From contig KZ537976.1 of the NCBI GenBank assembly GCA_000934665.2, positions 62,001-126,000 of the forward strand: a stretch of 64,000 nt of DNA, read 5' to 3'. A program made the translations under genes and the position numbers. Positions 60,426 to 64,000 of this stretch are shown piece by piece. The first letter of the stretch is position 1. Every line of letters starts with the position of its first letter. This stretch comes from Catajapyx aquilonaris. Lineage: Eukaryota. Below the pieces are notes generated by a model, which saw nothing but the letters and a program-made list of their open reading frames with translations, was not told the origin of the DNA and did no database searches.

Positions 60426-63400
60426 GTAAGACTCCTTTTTACCAACTCTGTTAAACATTATTTTGGCTTTTTCGATAATTTCCGATTTTTAAATTCTCAA
60501 AATTAGACATTGCTTACACATGAGCATTGAGTGACATCCGTTTGAAGGATTTTTAAACAGTGCTTCAAGCTTCCCGGATTTTTGCGGCAGCGTCGCATGT
60601 GTAGGAAAGTGAAGTAGGGAGACAGGAGGGGGTGTTTTCCCAGATTACATTTAACGCGTGATTTGCTTGTCCCGGACATTTTGCGAACAATTCCCACTAG
60701 TTTTGCTCGAAACATAGTTTACCGCCCTGTAATTTGACGTGCAATGCTGAACCTGGCAGCCATTCTGCCTGGGAAAATTGTCCACCCACAGCTCCTGTTA
60801 TGTTCCCTCGCTATAATCCGGTTGGCCCACACTGATAATACGGGTCCAGCACCCAAAATATAATATAATTGGCCAACTGTGTATTGCCTTGAGGATTACG
60901 TTCCCAATTAAAAGTCCCATTTTCCATACCCTTAGGGTTCGTGCAGTATACTTTCCGCACTAAAAGCCAGATCTTGTTTTTGATCCGATTCCACTTTGTC
61001 TGAGCATGTGAGCCGGTACGAAAAAGAGAGCCAGAAAAAAAAGCCGTCACCGCTAAAGCTTCTATTCTATCAGTGGTCCGTCATTACGCCGACCCAACGA
61101 ACGCCTTTTTACCGGCAGGAAATTGAATCAGGTGCTTTCTTCCAACCCAACCTCACCCCACTTTGCCCTTTTGCCCTTGATTTTGTCCGCCCTTTTTCGG
61201 GGGGAGGATGGCACTCCTATTGCGCAAAAGTGTCCCGCCCTTATTTTCAGACAACCCTTGCCTTTTTTGTAGTGTCCTCTTCTCTTGGGGACCGAACCCC
61301 CTTTTGTTTTGTAGCGTGGTCCAGGTGGCGATCGATGTCACATAACATTCCCCACTGGTACTTTTTTTTTCTGGAGGGTCAATTCGGCCTGGATTCTCTT
61401 TTTTTGGCATGGGGCTTGGAGGATTTTCCCGTTATGCTGGTGACAAACGTGGAAAAAAAACTGGTGGAAGTGGGGGGGACAAAGTTACAGGGACGGCGTA
61501 TTGACCGACACTGGATTTTCAGAGCGGAGTCTGAACAGTCTGGAAAGTGGATGAAAAAAAGTTGATGGCCACGGGGACAAGTGTCACAATATTTGACTTA
61601 GTAGGGAGAAACGAAACGGTGCAATTACTCTGCTGGATTGAAAGTTGTACGAACAGTGAATAAGCTGTATGGCCATCACAGAGTTTTAAAACCAAACAAA
61701 CGATCTACAGTAAATTGGAGGGCATGAAGATTCGGTCTGATAAGTGATTGCGTTTGTTTGGTGTGTTAACTGGCTAATACTGGTCGTTGTGACGCACTGG
61801 GCAAATGACACGGATAGAGAGCGCAAATGTTGCAAGTAAATTCTGTACGATATCGGAGCGATTACTCACGTGAAGGCAGGTTTGCGCGCAATTAGGGATC
61901 AACTATCAGGAGTAGGTTTGCAGAGGGAAACAAGCCGTGAGACTAATTGATATGCGTTAATTAGTTAAAAACACTACTGTTTAACCGGTTGTTCCTTCGG
62001 CGGAAAATGACCTGCGGGTTTTGTTATTGACTTTTTTTAAAATGGAATTTAATCACCTAACTACGTACAGTACATGGGTTTAAACGTTTCTCTGCTTCGT
62101 GAATTACTGTAGTCCGATACCCCCCAAAAAGCATGAACACTGAATATATTTCCAATCAACACATGTTAAATACCGTGTAGCCTGTAGCTTACAATAGAGG
62201 CAAAAAAAAAAATGCCAGTCTCATCCCGATTTTAATTATCTGCATAGAGCTGTAAGTCCAGTATAGTACCGGTACAGTACAGTACGTAAGTTGACAAAAT
62301 AATGGTACAGAAGATCGACTGAGCTTTTATCCTCATAGTCAGGCTTCCCGCCGAACAGGAAAGGCTGTTGGGTGGCCCTTAACAGTTAGGATAAAGAATT
62401 TACATATTTTTTGCAAGTAGCCCCCAATATTCCTTTTATACTGCGCAACTTGTAGGCCTCGATTTAAATAGAATCTTGCACCGTATCCTCCCCTTGCGTT
62501 TTGGATAAATGTGGTAGGATGGGGCGTGTCCACTAGGCGGAAGCGGCGCTGTCTGCGACACAATGCAAAAAGGGGGTACCCATGCCTGCTAAATAAATCA
62601 AACCCGCCTTTTCCCTTTTGCCAAAAACCCCCCCACATCTTGCTATGCATCCCAGGCGCTTTGAAACACCGCATTTCTCCGCCCTCTGATGAAGTTTTAT
62701 TACGGGGAATCCTCCACCTTCCCCAGCAGAGAAGACTAAGAAAATCCGGGGGCCATATATACCGGTGTAGTTTCAACCTGTCGGCTTCTTGCCAGATGAA
62801 GCGGGAATGTCGAAAAAGCCGGGGCCTGTAGACTAATGACTCCCCTCCCAGCAACAACTTCTAACTTTTTAAAGGGAGGTAAAATATATTTCTCCCTGAG
62901 GGTTGTTTCCTGCGTGTTTGCAACAGACGGAAAGTGTAGATATTGGGTTGCTGATGCAGGAGGAACTATGCAAAGGTCGATACTTCTGGAGGTGAGGCTT
63001 CTTACGGTTTTTATTTATTGGAATCAGGCCTCTAACTACGGTACAAATTATATATATCTAGATACTTCAAACCACAGACTAAGGGTAAACTTTGCTGGTG
63101 GGAAGCACAACCGTGAATAATTAATCGCCGATTTGAATTTGAGAGCAGAGTGTTTGCAGTCAAGGCAAGTGAACCGTCGGAGCGTGCACCTTTTTACCGT
63201 CCGGTTCTTCACATGCAGGCCGCAAAATTACTCCGCAGAAGCCCTATACCACACATGCTCTAATTGGGAAAACATTTTCCTTGGGCAGCGTATGTTGACT
63301 CAATTTGCTCTCATTAAAACAAGCCAGCAGTCGGAGTGATTGGTGCTGCTGCTGCAGTCTTTTTCTGGCCTCACCATGGTTAAAGGCAACACTGGTTGAG

Positions 63401-64000
63401 TCAACTCTGAGGTTCAGAAAGGGGTATAGGAGGGAGAGAGAAAAGCCGCCGGAGTGAAGTTGAAACAAAGTTTTGAGAAGCATTGGGAGAAACGTTGATT
63501 AGGAATGGAAGGCGGAAAAGGGGGGGGGGGGTTAAAGAGCTCTCGGCGGTGAAGAGGAAAGACAAGGCCTCCGTTCGATATCTATATATCAGAGAAGGTC
63601 GGTTTGAAGGGGGGTGGGCTTTCTATTCTGCCCCCCCCCCCTCTCCAACACTCCACAAACAGGCTTAAGGATTGGCGATGCGAGAACTTACGATTCCCAC
63701 CTTGGAATTGGGCAAAAGCTGCTGGGACTCTACACAGGGTGGTCCGTATAATGACACAATTCGTAAGAGTGAACTCCTGTGAACAAGTTGATCCTGTTAC
63801 TAGACACCCTGTAGGTGGAAGTAGGGAAAATGGCGTCGGGTGTAGGAAAGGAGGAAGCCAAAGGCGATTTGTTTCGGTTCCTACCGTCTACAAGATCCTC
63901 GCACCAACAAGGCCCTGCTGGGGATTTCTTTTCGAGTCGATTGCACACCAAGGCGAGAAGATCCGCCCGAGAAATAGAGGAAGAGATGAGAGAGAGAAAA

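Noticed and set aside
60996..62857. Long ORFs of 189 aa (+) and 172 aa (-)
   Set aside because: No recognisable domain, not C2B sequence, composition driven by homopolymer runs.

Overview
Eukaryotic, arthropod-like genomic DNA, mostly intronic or intergenic; almost all entries in the ORF track look spurious. The + strand carries the 5' part of a synaptotagmin-4 (Syt4/Syt11-type) gene: a candidate first coding exon (24103-24139), a TM+linker exon (49524-50040) and two C2A exons (58087-58303, 60270-60425). The C2B exons lie beyond the window. The main discovery is invisible to the ORF track: a complete 5-exon gene on the - strand, nested in Syt4 intron 50041-58086, built from micro-exons and encoding a 51-aa signal-peptide-bearing peptide (MKLLLFCFLILLVAISVRTSPVPADDPDISQIIAGLSEAIAKHVANNPPAK). 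It has a tandem paralogue sharing its last two exons, and a 290-bp near-perfect hairpin element sits at its predicted transcription start. Also present: a non-autonomous Helitron (38110-38992), a 27-34 kb mosaic of tandem, dispersed and inverted duplications, and candidate recursive splice sites. All calls come from manual reading; no searches were run.
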